DNA from: Gammaproteobacteria bacterium
GTDB lineage: Bacteria; Pseudomonadota; Gammaproteobacteria; JABHGC01
DNA length: 64,000 bases
Reading direction: 5' to 3'
Assembly: GCA_027077805.1 (NCBI GenBank)
Contig: JALWTS010000041.1
Coordinates: 73,234-137,233, forward strand
Under the pieces are notes generated by a model that saw nothing but the letters and a program-made list of their open reading frames with translations, ran no database searches and was not told the origin of the DNA. Positions 19,711 through 30,081 of the stretch are shown piece after piece (position 1 is the first letter of the stretch; each line of letters opens with the position of its first letter). The translations under genes were made by a program, and so were the position numbers.

Positions 19711-22524
19711 CTATTTAAGAAATAACTCTGCAGGAATCGGATACGGCAAAGTTTTCATTGGAAAACCAACAAAGGGCTGCTCAAAACCTGCTGCAATTCT
19801 TCGATGCCAAGCTCTAAAGGCAAGATGATTTTCGTGCCTAACGCCAATGATATCTCGCCAACCAATCGCAAAACGTCCGCCACTAGTTAAACTAGTGGAA
19901 CGATGAGTCACTAAAATTGTTAGAGATGATTTCTGTTTTATTGAGGTATCACCAAAAACTGTACGAATACGGGCAACATATTCTGAATCAGCACCTACAC
20001 GAATAGATAAAAAATAACCAATACGTTCAAATACTGAGCGTCGAAACATTAGTGAGATAAACGCTTTACGAATAGCTACACGACGAAAATTAATATGTCC
20101 ATCGCCATCAACCCGAAAATATTTGTGACATACCCCCACAATATCATGATTATTCTCAAGAATTTTGAGTTGTTGTTCAAGCCGTTGTGGATGACTCCAA
20201 TCATCACTATCCATAAAGGTTATATACTCTCCACGAGCATGTGACAAAGCAATATTCTTAGCCACATATGTTCCTGAATTTTGTCCACAACGAAATAAAC
20301 GTATACGTGAATCATGTTTAGCCTGATTTTCAAGCCATTCATAAGTATCATCTAGAGAACAGTCATCAACAATCAATAATTCCAGATTGTGATGAGATTG
20401 ATTTAAAATTGAATCCAGTGCCACCTGCAAAAGTTCATCTCGACCATAAACAGTCATAATCACTGATATTAACGCTTTATCCTGTGTCGTTTTAGGAACA
20501 TCACAACTCAAATTTGCTATCGCTAACCCAGTAGTATTATTTTTGTTGCGGATTGGATGTAAATTATACCGTTCTAAAACACTATTGATAATATCTAATT
20601 GTTTTGAATAATTATCTTGTAATCTAGCGATTTCAGCATGTAACAAATCTACCTCATCATTCTGTGGAAAATCAGTCTTTAACTTTTGATATAACGTATC
20701 TACAATCTCTGCATTGCCAAGATAAGCCTGAGAAAGCACTTCATGGATACGAAAAACACACATAAGCTCCCGAAGTCGCTTCACAATTGACAAATTGTTC
20801 CCTATTTTTAACTTATCAACTAATGTCCGCATACCACCCATAACGGTCAACTGTTCAACAATTGATACTACTTTTTTCCAATCTTGATCTTCATAATAGG
20901 CAATCATTATAGCTGTAGATACAGAAATCAAATAACGATACCCCCCCTGTTGCATATCATGATCTACCACTTTGCGCAACGCTTCTAAAGGGAGAAAGCG
21001 AACACAAGTACGATGTTCTAATTCTAACGCTTTATAATTATAAGGTTTTTTTTGTAAAATTTCGGTACAACATTGCCTTACAAATTGCCAATCTCCCATT
21101 TCATCCGCTAAAACTGCAAACTCTAATAATACAGGAATTGAAAAATTTGACTGCGCTAACAATAATTTGTTTACATCATTTTTTGCATCATTAAGCCTAC
21201 CAGATATACGTTTTACTTTTATGTCAGCAAGTAATTGTGATTCATTTAATAAAGACTTAGATAGGTAAAACTGTTTTCCTTTGTTACCTTCTAGAAAATT
21301 TGCAAGCTTGGACTGATTTGGTATTAGTTTTATAAAATGGTAAAAAAACAAAATCACACTAATTGGCAATTGAATAACAAACTTGATTGGTCGCACTAGC
21401 ATTTGACCTATTTTCCAAGATTTGCTATCTAATACTTCTTGAAGTTTATGCTCAAGTTGCTGGATACGTTTCTTACATTCTTTTTCATTAACTCTATTTT
21501 CGTCCATTTGAACCAAAATATCTCTAGCTTTCTCTTGCATCTTTTGTTGGTAGGTACTATTTTTTGAAAGATTACGATATAATCGAGTAAGTGCTGATAC
21601 TTCTCCACGTAACTGTTTGATTTCAGATAAATCACTATGCAACAATAACAAATTTTCATCCATTTTATTGCCTGCATAAACTGAACTGTGACCAGATGTT
21701 CCAACAACTAATTTACTATCACTTGACAAATTAGTCTCTATGTCTTGCCAATCTTCACCGTTTCTCCAACTAGGATAAATTTCATCCATTAATGCTCCAC
21801 AATGTTTTTTAAAAATTTCACATTGAGTTTCATCCCAATCATGCCAAGTCATAATTTTTTCAGCATAATTAGCTGAAGAAATAGCATTAATATCAGTAGT
21901 ACGTTGATTATGATGTTGAATTACAAAATTAGTAGGAGTAATTTTCAAAAAATCACATAAATCAAGCAAACTATTTGCCAAATTTTCAATGGTTAAAAAG
22001 AAAGTACGTTTAGGAGATATAGACAAAAGATCCTTTTGAATAAGCCTATTATTATAGTTCCAAAACCAACAATTTTTCTCAAATGAGGACCATGATTGCC
22101 ATTCTTCCGTTGAAACTAAACCCAACCTATCCCCTTGAAGTCGCCAACGACGCCATACAATAGCATTCTCAGCAAAATCCATTTCAGTAAACCATCCACG
22201 TTGAACACCAGAACAAACAACATTTCGTCCATCACGAATCAACCAAATATAATAACAGCGATGGAAAGCCTCTTCTAATAAAGGAATAAGCAACGATAAC
22301 TTATTGTTACTTTCGCCGTAATGAATTTCTTTGTTATCACTAGGACGAGTTGCTTTAAGCAATTGAACAATCGCTTTACCACTTAAATCACCATAACGAT
22401 ATTTTGCCGCCTCTTCTACAAGAATTGGTTCAGGTTCATGTAAACATTGGCAATTGGGTGACTGGGAGAGTACACGTGATATCGTGTTACTACCTGCTCG
22501 TCCAGTATTTAAAACAAAAAACAT
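19711..22524 (-). CDS. Multidomain protein: N-terminal sulfotransferase-like domain, central coiled-coil/helical region, C-terminal family 2 glycosyltransferase
   Basis: N-terminus LNTGRAGSNTISRVL resembles the PAPS 5'-phosphosulfate-binding loop of Stf0-type sulfotransferases, and a later RDGRNVVCS resembles a 3'-PB motif. The C-terminus ISVIMTVYGRDELLQVALDSILNQ…LLIVDDCSLDDT…FMDSDDWSHPQRLEQQ is a GT2 domain. 937 aa. Confidence 0.5.
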   Translation of the reverse strand: MFFVLNTGRAGSNTISRVLSQSPNCQCLHEPEPILVEEAAKYRYGDLSGKAIVQLLKATRPSDNKEIHYGESNNKLSLLIPLLEEAFHRCYYIWLIRDGRNVVCSGVQRGWFTEMDFAENAIVWRRWRLQGDRLGLVSTEEWQSWSSFEKNCWFWNYNNRLIQKDLLSISPKRTFFLTIENLANSLLDLCDFLKITPTNFVIQHHNQRTTDINAISSANYAEKIMTWHDWDETQCEIFKKHCGALMDEIYPSWRNGEDWQDIETNLSSDSKLVVGTSGHSSVYAGNKMDENLLLLHSDLSEIKQLRGEVSALTRLYRNLSKNSTYQQKMQEKARDILVQMDENRVNEKECKKRIQQLEHKLQEVLDSKSWKIGQMLVRPIKFVIQLPISVILFFYHFIKLIPNQSKLANFLEGNKGKQFYLSKSLLNESQLLADIKVKRISGRLNDAKNDVNKLLLAQSNFSIPVLLEFAVLADEMGDWQFVRQCCTEILQKKPYNYKALELEHRTCVRFLPLEALRKVVDHDMQQGGYRYLISVSTAIMIAYYEDQDWKKVVSIVEQLTVMGGMRTLVDKLKIGNNLSIVKRLRELMCVFRIHEVLSQAYLGNAEIVDTLYQKLKTDFPQNDEVDLLHAEIARLQDNYSKQLDIINSVLERYNLHPIRNKNNTTGLAIANLSCDVPKTTQDKALISVIMTVYGRDELLQVALDSILNQSHHNLELLIVDDCSLDDTYEWLENQAKHDSRIRLFRCGQNSGTYVAKNIALSHARGEYITFMDSDDWSHPQRLEQQLKILENNHDIVGVCHKYFRVDGDGHINFRRVAIRKAFISLMFRRSVFERIGYFLSIRVGADSEYVARIRTVFGDTSIKQKSSLTILVTHRSTSLTSGGRFAIGWRDIIGVRHENHLAFRAWHRRIAAGFEQPFVGFPMKTLPYPIPAELFLK

Positions 22525-22591
22525 TCAATATCCTCATTAATTAAACAAAAATTTAAAAGTAATAGTGTCATACAGCAATAACTTAAAATAT

Positions 22592-24214
22592 CTAAACTAA
22601 ATCCCCATAACCCCGAGTTTTCGCCCCAACCCAATAATCAACTGTTGCACCAATATCCAATGCAACACATCCTTGTTGGGCAAGTTGTGCAACAAAAATT
22701 TTACCAATAATACCACCCGCAACTAATGCCAAAGTTCCAGGCATAGTTTCTTTTTTTAAATTATTCAATATTGAATTGAAACAATTGGGGAGAATGGTAG
22801 AGTTATTGTAAAAAATTTTGTTAGATAAAGTTTTTGCATGAGTTGGAATTTTGTAAATTTCAATATTGTTTTTAACAAAAAAATTTCCAAAAAAGTCCAT
22901 AATGTAATCTTCATTTATACTAGAAACAATAACCAATTTTTCTGCGGAATTAGAAAGTTTTTTAATATAACTTTCATCAAATACTACCTGATGTACACGT
23001 TCTTCAGTCAATACGACTTCTTTATGAACAATCTCCGGCAAATGCTTCATAACTGTTAAAAGTGCTCTGCCACCATGCATAGATTGAAAGTTTTGCAAAC
23101 GAGGATTCGTATCTCGAATAAAACGATAAATACTTGGAATACCAAGCACATCAACAAAATCTAAAGCATCCTGTAATTGACACCTAATATTTCCCCTCAA
23201 TTCTTCACTTAGTTCTGTTCCCCACCAATGACGTTCACGCAATCGTTGATCATCAACGACAGCGAAATCAGTTGAATTATTCCAGATGTATGATTCGCCA
23301 TCACCTAGTCTAATGAGTGATAGCCTTTCTTTTTTAATCAATTTTTTTTCCAAAAAACTAGTAAAGGCTTCTTTATCAACTGGATTTACTCGAACATCCA
23401 TAAATTTCATTTGTTGACGCAAATGGTTATAGACAGGAATAACATATTGTTCCAATTCGTGACGAAATCCTTTAGGAGCATAATTCAACAAAAGTTGTTC
23501 TTGATTTTGATGACTAAGGCGATATTGCTGATCCAGCAACAGACTAGATTCTATCTCACTAAGCTTTAATTTTTCTAATCCATTCTCAATAGACAACATA
23601 TTATACACTTGTTTGTATTTTTTTTCTCCTTGCTTAGTTGCTAATCTTAATAAACCAGCCTTTTGCACGGTTCGCAAAGAACTCGGCTTACTAAAAACTG
23701 ATGCGTCAAAAAAAGCTTCTAACATATGAATTTTCTCACTTTTTAATAACATTGCAAATACAACATTTTCAAAACGAGCTCTTTTCACTGATGTGTATAA
23801 TGGGAAAAATTTTATCACTTGGCTTAATTCTTCTTCAGACAGTACAGAACCACTAAAATCACGTTGATTCAACCACAACCATAACTTGATAGAAGAATTA
23901 GTCACTGCTATAACCTCTTGCGAAGATAATTCATAAAACAGTTTGTGAATGATTTCACTACGTTCATTAAATAATATTTCTAATACTGAAAGCAATTGTT
24001 CATTTGGAAGATTTGCTTGAGCTTCAAGTTTAGTTAAGGTCATCATTGGATCTTTTGCATGAAGCAATGCAATTTCAATTAAATCTTGTGAGATATTTGC
24101 CTGAATATTATTTAAGTAACGATCAGCTAATAAAGTTACAGCTTGCTCTGTTAACTCGGGTGTTTTATCTAATAGCCAAAATACAACTTTTATTACTAAC
24201 AATTTGAACTTCAT
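22592..24214 (-). CDS. Hypothetical protein; the C-terminal half may be a GT-D/DUF1792-like glycosyltransferase
   Basis: 540 aa. LIRLGDGESYIWN and …LALVAGGIIGKIF…DIGATVDYW resemble the DUF1792 GDGE / DxE pattern. This is a weak call. Confidence 0.3.
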   Translation of the reverse strand: MKFKLLVIKVVFWLLDKTPELTEQAVTLLADRYLNNIQANISQDLIEIALLHAKDPMMTLTKLEAQANLPNEQLLSVLEILFNERSEIIHKLFYELSSQEVIAVTNSSIKLWLWLNQRDFSGSVLSEEELSQVIKFFPLYTSVKRARFENVVFAMLLKSEKIHMLEAFFDASVFSKPSSLRTVQKAGLLRLATKQGEKKYKQVYNMLSIENGLEKLKLSEIESSLLLDQQYRLSHQNQEQLLLNYAPKGFRHELEQYVIPVYNHLRQQMKFMDVRVNPVDKEAFTSFLEKKLIKKERLSLIRLGDGESYIWNNSTDFAVVDDQRLRERHWWGTELSEELRGNIRCQLQDALDFVDVLGIPSIYRFIRDTNPRLQNFQSMHGGRALLTVMKHLPEIVHKEVVLTEERVHQVVFDESYIKKLSNSAEKLVIVSSINEDYIMDFFGNFFVKNNIEIYKIPTHAKTLSNKIFYNNSTILPNCFNSILNNLKKETMPGTLALVAGGIIGKIFVAQLAQQGCVALDIGATVDYWVGAKTRGYGDLV

Positions 24215-25290
24215 TATAAAGATTCTTTTGATTTTGACAACTGAATATCAACAATTAAATCCTTTAACACCAAATACTCCGTATTTAAGGCTCTCATCCC
24301 TGTTAATAGACTTTGTAATATACCAAACAAAAAACGAACAATAAAAAAAACAATAAGCATATCACCAAGATTTTCAGTATTCACATCAAATTCCATTACA
24401 TAAATCACGGTTGAAGCAAAAAAAACGCCCAAAATTACTCTAAGAATTAATTGAACAATTTTTGCGTCAAGCTGTCCTCTTTTCTTTGACAGTTCTAATT
24501 TTTTGTTTTTATCTGAATAACATACCTTGTGATAGTAATCTTGGAAATCAGAATCTACATCCCCTAAATTACTTTGTTTCATCAAATTTTGCTTTAAACT
24601 TTTATCAAGTTCTTTTAGCTTCTTTTCCATTGATTTTGTTTGATTTGTCTGATAATAACTTTTCCATAAAAACACTGGAATCAAAACAATCATAATAGCT
24701 ATTAAAATAATTGTCATAATCGGCATAAAATAAGCAATAATAACCAAGCTTAACAGGATTACCCCAAGATTTTGTAATAACTCAAACAAATGAAATATAA
24801 CATTTATTATCGCTTTACCAAATTGTGGATCAGTTTGAAAAATAAATTGATGAAGTATTTTTGATTTCTCTTTATCTGCCTCTTGTGATTTTTGGTGTTG
24901 TTCAAAAAAGATATTCGCCTTAATTTTACGAAATTTACTTGTTCTTGAATAAGAGTATTTTGATATTTTAATAGAATAAACTAACGGTAAAATTGCCGAC
25001 AATATAAATAACAATAAAATAAAACATGCCACCACCAAAATAAAAGTTCTCTCGGATATGGGTGGAAATTGATATGCAATTAACCCATCTAAAATATTTT
25101 GTATATCACCACTATGAACTAATACAATACTTTTGATTGATACCATAAAAGCAACAATAATAATCATTTTGGAAACAATACCACTAAAATTCAACAAAAT
25201 AAAAGTTAATGGCTTATCTAAAAATAATGTTTTAGCAAATATTGATATAGTTTTAAAATAACTGACGGCACTATTGTAAAAAAAAGACAT
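24214..25290 (-). CDS. Polytopic inner-membrane protein (ABC-exporter-like transmembrane domain without an NBD), unknown function
   Basis: 358 aa with about 6 hydrophobic helices. It sits in the glycan cluster and shares a start/stop with the next gene. Confidence 0.3.
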   Translation of the reverse strand: MSFFYNSAVSYFKTISIFAKTLFLDKPLTFILLNFSGIVSKMIIIVAFMVSIKSIVLVHSGDIQNILDGLIAYQFPPISERTFILVVACFILLLFILSAILPLVYSIKISKYSYSRTSKFRKIKANIFFEQHQKSQEADKEKSKILHQFIFQTDPQFGKAIINVIFHLFELLQNLGVILLSLVIIAYFMPIMTIILIAIMIVLIPVFLWKSYYQTNQTKSMEKKLKELDKSLKQNLMKQSNLGDVDSDFQDYYHKVCYSDKNKKLELSKKRGQLDAKIVQLILRVILGVFFASTVIYVMEFDVNTENLGDMLIVFFIVRFLFGILQSLLTGMRALNTEYLVLKDLIVDIQLSKSKESL

Positions 25291-25480
25291 GAAAAACCTA
25301 AACTCTTAACAAAATAACTGTTGCATTGCACTTAGTTTAAAATAATAAATAAACATAAACGGTTAAACTAAAAGCAAATTTAATGTTATTTAACTATATT
25401 TTAACCACATTTTTTTAATTTTAGAGTACAATTCAAAACACAAAATAGCAATTTCAATTTATCTATCACTAATAACAAAC

Positions 25481-26035
25481 TCAATCAAACAACTCTGCCT
25501 CTTTAAATAAAGAACCCTGTCTATCTTTTGTTGAAAGTGTAATATCCAATTTTTTATCAACCAACCAATCAATCTTTAAACTCGCATCATTCCAAGCAAT
25601 ACAACGCTCTAATTCAGGGGCATAATAGTTCGTGGTTTTATACAAAAATTCCGCCGTGTCTGATAAAGTTAAAAAACCGTGCGCAAAACCTTCTGGAATC
25701 CAAAGTTGATGATGATTTTCAGATGATAATCCCGCACTTACCCATTGCCCAAAAGTTGGCGACGAACGCCGAATATCCACCGCAACATCTAAAACTTTAC
25801 CTTGTACTACTCTGACTAATTTGCCTTGCGCTTTAGGGTTTAATTGATAATGTAACCCTCTTAATACGCCTTTGACTGATTTAGAATGATTATCTTGGAC
25901 AAACTCACAATTTAATCCTGTCAATGCTTTAAATACTTTCGCATTAAAACTTTCAAAGAAAAAACCACGATGATCACCAAATACTTTGGGTTGCAATAAA
26001 ATCACATCAGGAATTGCTAAAGGGGTTGCTTGCAT
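25481..26035 (-). CDS. rfbC: dTDP-4-dehydrorhamnose 3,5-epimerase
   Basis: 184-aa RmlC cupin (…VFGDHRGFFFESFN…). Confidence 0.9.
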   Translation of the reverse strand: MQATPLAIPDVILLQPKVFGDHRGFFFESFNAKVFKALTGLNCEFVQDNHSKSVKGVLRGLHYQLNPKAQGKLVRVVQGKVLDVAVDIRRSSPTFGQWVSAGLSSENHHQLWIPEGFAHGFLTLSDTAEFLYKTTNYYAPELERCIAWNDASLKIDWLVDKKLDITLSTKDRQGSLFKEAELFD

Positions 26036-26921
26036 TAAAATACTCTTTCTTGCAGTAAAAGTTGTAAATATTGACCGTAACTGTTTTTTATTAAGGGTTG
26101 ACTTAATTGTTCTAATTGTTGATCATCAATCCAATGTTGTCGCCAAGCAATTTCTTCAGGACAAGCCACTTTTAAACCTTGGCGTTTTTCCAAAGTCGCA
26201 ATAAAATGACTGGCTTCTAATAATGAATCATGGGTTCCCGTATCCAACCAAGCATAACCTCTCCCCATAATCTCAACCGATAATTGCTGTTGTGCTAAAT
26301 ACAACGCATTAATATCGGTAATTTCCAACTCACCTCTAGCAGAAGGTTTTAATTGTTTTGCCATTTCTATCACTTGATTATCATAAAAATACAAGCCTGT
26401 TACCGCATAATGCGATTTCGGGTTTGCAGGTTTTTCTTCCAATGACAAGACTTGTCCCGTTTGGTCAAACTCAACGACACCATAACGTTCAGGGTCATGC
26501 ACATGATAAGCAAATACACTCGCACCTGCTTGACGCTGAGCCGCATTCGCTAATAAATGATGAAAATCATGGCCATAAAAAATATTATCCCCTAAAATTA
26601 AGGCACAGCAGTCTTGAGCAATAAATTCATCACCCAGAATAAATGCTTGGGCTAAACCATCAGGACTTGCTTGCACTTGATACTGTAAATTTAACCCCCA
26701 TTGTTGACCATCACCTAATAGTCGCTGAAACGCAGGCATATCATGTGGGGTTGAAATAATCAAAATATCTTGAATCCCTGCTAACATCAATGTGCTTAGT
26801 GGATAATAAATCATAGGTTTATCATAAACAGGCAGTAGTTGTTTGGAAATTGATAAAGTCGCAGGATATAAGCGAGTACCACTGCCTCCCGCAAGAACAA
26901 TCCCTTTACAAATACTCATTA
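26035..26921 (-). CDS. rfbA: Glucose-1-phosphate thymidylyltransferase
   Basis: [42 protein letters not shown]. The start is taken at the internal Met, which overlaps the rfbD stop. Confidence 0.9.
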
Positions 26922-27812
26922 TAACTGTCCTTGTAAAGCCAGTTCTGCCACCAAGCGTTTTACCTGAACTTGCCAATCGGGTAATACCAATCCAAATTGT
27001 TGTTTGATTTTATCGGTATTTAAACGAGAATTTAAGGGTCGTGTTGCGGGGGTTGGATAAGCACTCGTTTTAATAGGAATGATTTGCTCAGGACTAATTT
27101 TTAATTCCGCCCCTGCTTGAATTGCTTCAGTAATGACCAATTTTGCAAACTCATGCCAATTCGTCTCACCTGACGCCACCAAATGATATAATCCACTGGC
27201 ATTATTGCCTTGCTTAAATTGCAATAAACACATCGCCGTAATATCCGCAATTAATTCGGCACTGGTTGGCACGCCAACTTGATCAACCACTACTTTTAAC
27301 TGTTCCCGTTGCTTTGCTAATCGTAACATAGTTCTAGCAAAATTATGACCTAGGCGAGCATAAACCCAACTGGTGCGAAAAATAAAATGTTGACAAGCCA
27401 CGTCAGCTATCAATTGCTCGCCTAGTTGCTTGGTTTGACCATAGACACTTTGGGGAGAGGTCGCATCGCTTTCTAAATAAGGTGAATCTTTAGTGCCATC
27501 AAACACATAATCGGTGGAATAATGCACTAAACAACCATTAATTTGCTTTACTGCTTCGGCAATCACTTTCACCGCTTGGGCATTGACAATATTAGCTAAT
27601 TCAGGCTCTGACTCCGCTTTATCTACGGCGGTATAAGCAGCAGCATTCACTACGATATCAGGTGATAATTTGAGGATACAATCACCTAATTTATCTAACT
27701 CAATAAAATCTACTTCCGTTTGATCAAAAGCGGTAACTGTTCCTAAGGGTAATAATGCCCGTTGCAATTCCCAACCAACTTGCCCTTGTTTGCCTAATAA
27801 TAATATGTTCAT
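26919..27812 (-). CDS. rfbD: dTDP-4-dehydrorhamnose reductase
   Basis: [16 protein letters not shown]… RmlD Rossmann fold. It is translationally coupled to rfbB. Confidence 0.85.
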   Translation of the reverse strand: MNILLLGKQGQVGWELQRALLPLGTVTAFDQTEVDFIELDKLGDCILKLSPDIVVNAAAYTAVDKAESEPELANIVNAQAVKVIAEAVKQINGCLVHYSTDYVFDGTKDSPYLESDATSPQSVYGQTKQLGEQLIADVACQHFIFRTSWVYARLGHNFARTMLRLAKQREQLKVVVDQVGVPTSAELIADITAMCLLQFKQGNNASGLYHLVASGETNWHEFAKLVITEAIQAGAELKISPEQIIPIKTSAYPTPATRPLNSRLNTDKIKQQFGLVLPDWQVQVKRLVAELALQGQL

Positions 27813-28864
27813 GAATACTGTTGCTCCACCCACTGACGATAAACCCCAGTCGTAACATTATTAACCCAATCGAAATGTGATAAATACCAAGTTACTGTTT
27901 TAGCCATGCCAGATTCAAAGGTTTCTTTAGGTCGCCAAGCTAATTGTTGTTGAATTTTAGAGGCATCAATCGCATAGCGTCGATCATGCCCTGGCCGATC
28001 TTTAACATAAGTAATCTGATCAGCATAAGACTTACCATCGGTTCTTGGTTGCTGTTGATCCAAAATCTGACACAAGGTATTCACTACCTCAATATTCGCT
28101 TTTTCATTACACCCACCAATATTATAAACCTCACCGACTTGACCTTTTTCTAATACGTTTACAATTGCCTGACAATGATCAATCACATATAACCAGTCCC
28201 GAATTTGTTGACCATCCCCATAAATGGGTAAAGGCTGATTACTAATGGCATTATGAATACACAATGGAATCAATTTTTCTGGAAACTGATAAGGGCCATA
28301 ATTATTAGAACAATTCGTGGTTAATACAGGCAAGCCATAGGTATGATAATAAGCTCGAACTAAATGATCCGAACTGGCTTTACTGGCAGAATAAGGACTA
28401 TTAGGTTGATATTGATGAGTTTCTTTAAATGCTGGTGCATTTTTTTCCAATGACCCATACACTTCATCCGTAGAAATATGTAAAAATCGAAAATTTTGTC
28501 GTTGCTCACTAGGCAATTGATTCCAATAATCTCGTACTGATTCTAATAAGCGAAACGTTCCCACAATATTGGTTTGAATAAAATCATCGGGGCCATGAAT
28601 AGAACGATCAACATGGGATTCTGCGGCAAAATTAATCATTGCTCGGGGCTGATATTTTACTAATAATTCGGTTATTAATTTCTCATCAGCAATATCGCCT
28701 TGTTGGAAAATATATTGCGGATGATCCGAAATTGGTTTTAAATTTTCCAAGTTTCCTGCATAGCTTAACTTATCCAAATTTAACACTAATTCTTGCGAAT
28801 GTTGTAACCAATCAGTAATGAAATTGCTGCCAATAAACCCAGCACCACCTGTTACAAATATCAT
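27809..28864 (-). CDS. rfbB: dTDP-glucose 4,6-dehydratase
   Basis: MIFVTGGAGFIGSNF…; 351 aa RmlB. Confidence 0.9.
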   Translation of the reverse strand: MIFVTGGAGFIGSNFITDWLQHSQELVLNLDKLSYAGNLENLKPISDHPQYIFQQGDIADEKLITELLVKYQPRAMINFAAESHVDRSIHGPDDFIQTNIVGTFRLLESVRDYWNQLPSEQRQNFRFLHISTDEVYGSLEKNAPAFKETHQYQPNSPYSASKASSDHLVRAYYHTYGLPVLTTNCSNNYGPYQFPEKLIPLCIHNAISNQPLPIYGDGQQIRDWLYVIDHCQAIVNVLEKGQVGEVYNIGGCNEKANIEVVNTLCQILDQQQPRTDGKSYADQITYVKDRPGHDRRYAIDASKIQQQLAWRPKETFESGMAKTVTWYLSHFDWVNNVTTGVYRQWVEQQYS

Positions 28865-29033
28865 ATCAATACGTATAAATTAAAAAAATACTGTTCAAAA
28901 ATATTAGCATAAGTTGCCACAAACTCAAATCATTTGCATTTTTTTATTACATACGCTAGCATTTTAAAGTATTACTATAAGTAAATAAACTAAATATAAG
29001 AATATAATAAAAGTTTTAAGGAGGAATTAAGAT

Positions 29034-30020
29034 ATGAGGCCCCCAATCTATCTATTGTTTCTGCTAGTCTTATTTGGTCAATCCAGCTTTGCAGGAATTA
29101 ACGCAAAATCTTATGTTATCGCAGATGCCAACAGTGGTGCGATTTTAGAGGCGCGTAATCCTTATAAAAAACTACAACCTGCAAGTACCACTAAAATTGT
29201 TACTGCCATGGTAGTTTTAGATAGATTATCGCCAAGTAAATGGGTAAAAATTAGTAAACGTGCCAGCCAACAAGTACGAGTAAAAGCCTATTTAAAGGCA
29301 GGACATAAATACCGAGTCAGAGATTTGCTCAAAGCCTTACTCATTAAATCTGCCAATGATGCCGCTGTGGCATTAGCCGAAGCTGTGGCAGGTTCCGAAA
29401 AAAAATTTGCCTTGCTCATGACGAAAAAAGCTCGTAGCTGTGGAGCCTACAATACTAGATTTAAAAGTGCCTCAGGTTTAACTAAAAAAGGACAATACAC
29501 TACCGCACATGATTTATATTTATTAATGCAATGTGCGCGTGATAAAAAATATGATCGGATAAAAAAATATGCTCGTATCAAACATACCGTGATTCGCAGT
29601 AATAAAGGTCAAAAACATACCTTAAAAAACCATAACCGTTTATTTACCCAATCGCCTTATTACTCCATTGGTAAAACGGGTTTTACTCGTGCGGCAAAAT
29701 ACTGTTATGTTAGTTATTTAGAAAAAGATAATGTCTCAACGGTGATTTCAATGCTAGGCAGCCAACAGCTTTGGCCTAACGCCAAAAAACTGGCTAAGCG
29801 TAGTATGAAGCTGGCAAAATATAAATCCAATAAGTGTACCAAAAAAATTCAAGCCCAGTTAAAGAAAAAGGGTTTGTATAAAGCCAAAATTGATGGCATT
29901 TATGGCAAACAAACCCGACTATCAGTCAAAAAATTTCAACTACAAAATAAATTGCCCGCTCATGGCTATATTGATAGTAAAACCTTGTACAAACTCTCGG
30001 GTAAAACTCAGTGTTCTTGA
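29034..30020 (+). CDS. Serine-type D-alanyl-D-alanine carboxypeptidase (S11, PBP5/6-like) with a C-terminal peptidoglycan-binding (PG_binding_1) domain
   Basis: Signal peptide present. SxxK is ASTTK, SxN is SAND, KTG is GKTGFT. C-terminus is KKIQAQLKKKGLYKAKIDGIYGKQTRLSVKKFQ. Confidence 0.75.
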   Translation: MRPPIYLLFLLVLFGQSSFAGINAKSYVIADANSGAILEARNPYKKLQPASTTKIVTAMVVLDRLSPSKWVKISKRASQQVRVKAYLKAGHKYRVRDLLKALLIKSANDAAVALAEAVAGSEKKFALLMTKKARSCGAYNTRFKSASGLTKKGQYTTAHDLYLLMQCARDKKYDRIKKYARIKHTVIRSNKGQKHTLKNHNRLFTQSPYYSIGKTGFTRAAKYCYVSYLEKDNVSTVISMLGSQQLWPNAKKLAKRSMKLAKYKSNKCTKKIQAQLKKKGLYKAKIDGIYGKQTRLSVKKFQLQNKLPAHGYIDSKTLYKLSGKTQCS

Positions 30021-30048
30021 AATTATTTTACCTTTTTTAACTGTACCG

Positions 30049-30069
30049 CTCCCCCTTTTGAAGGGGGAG
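30049..30069. terminator. Bidirectional intrinsic terminator hairpin between the convergent dacA-like and rpoH genes
   Basis: CTCCCCC-ttttgaa-GGGGGAG is a perfect 7-bp GC stem. Confidence 0.55.
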
Positions 30070-30081
30070 ATTGAGAGGGGA

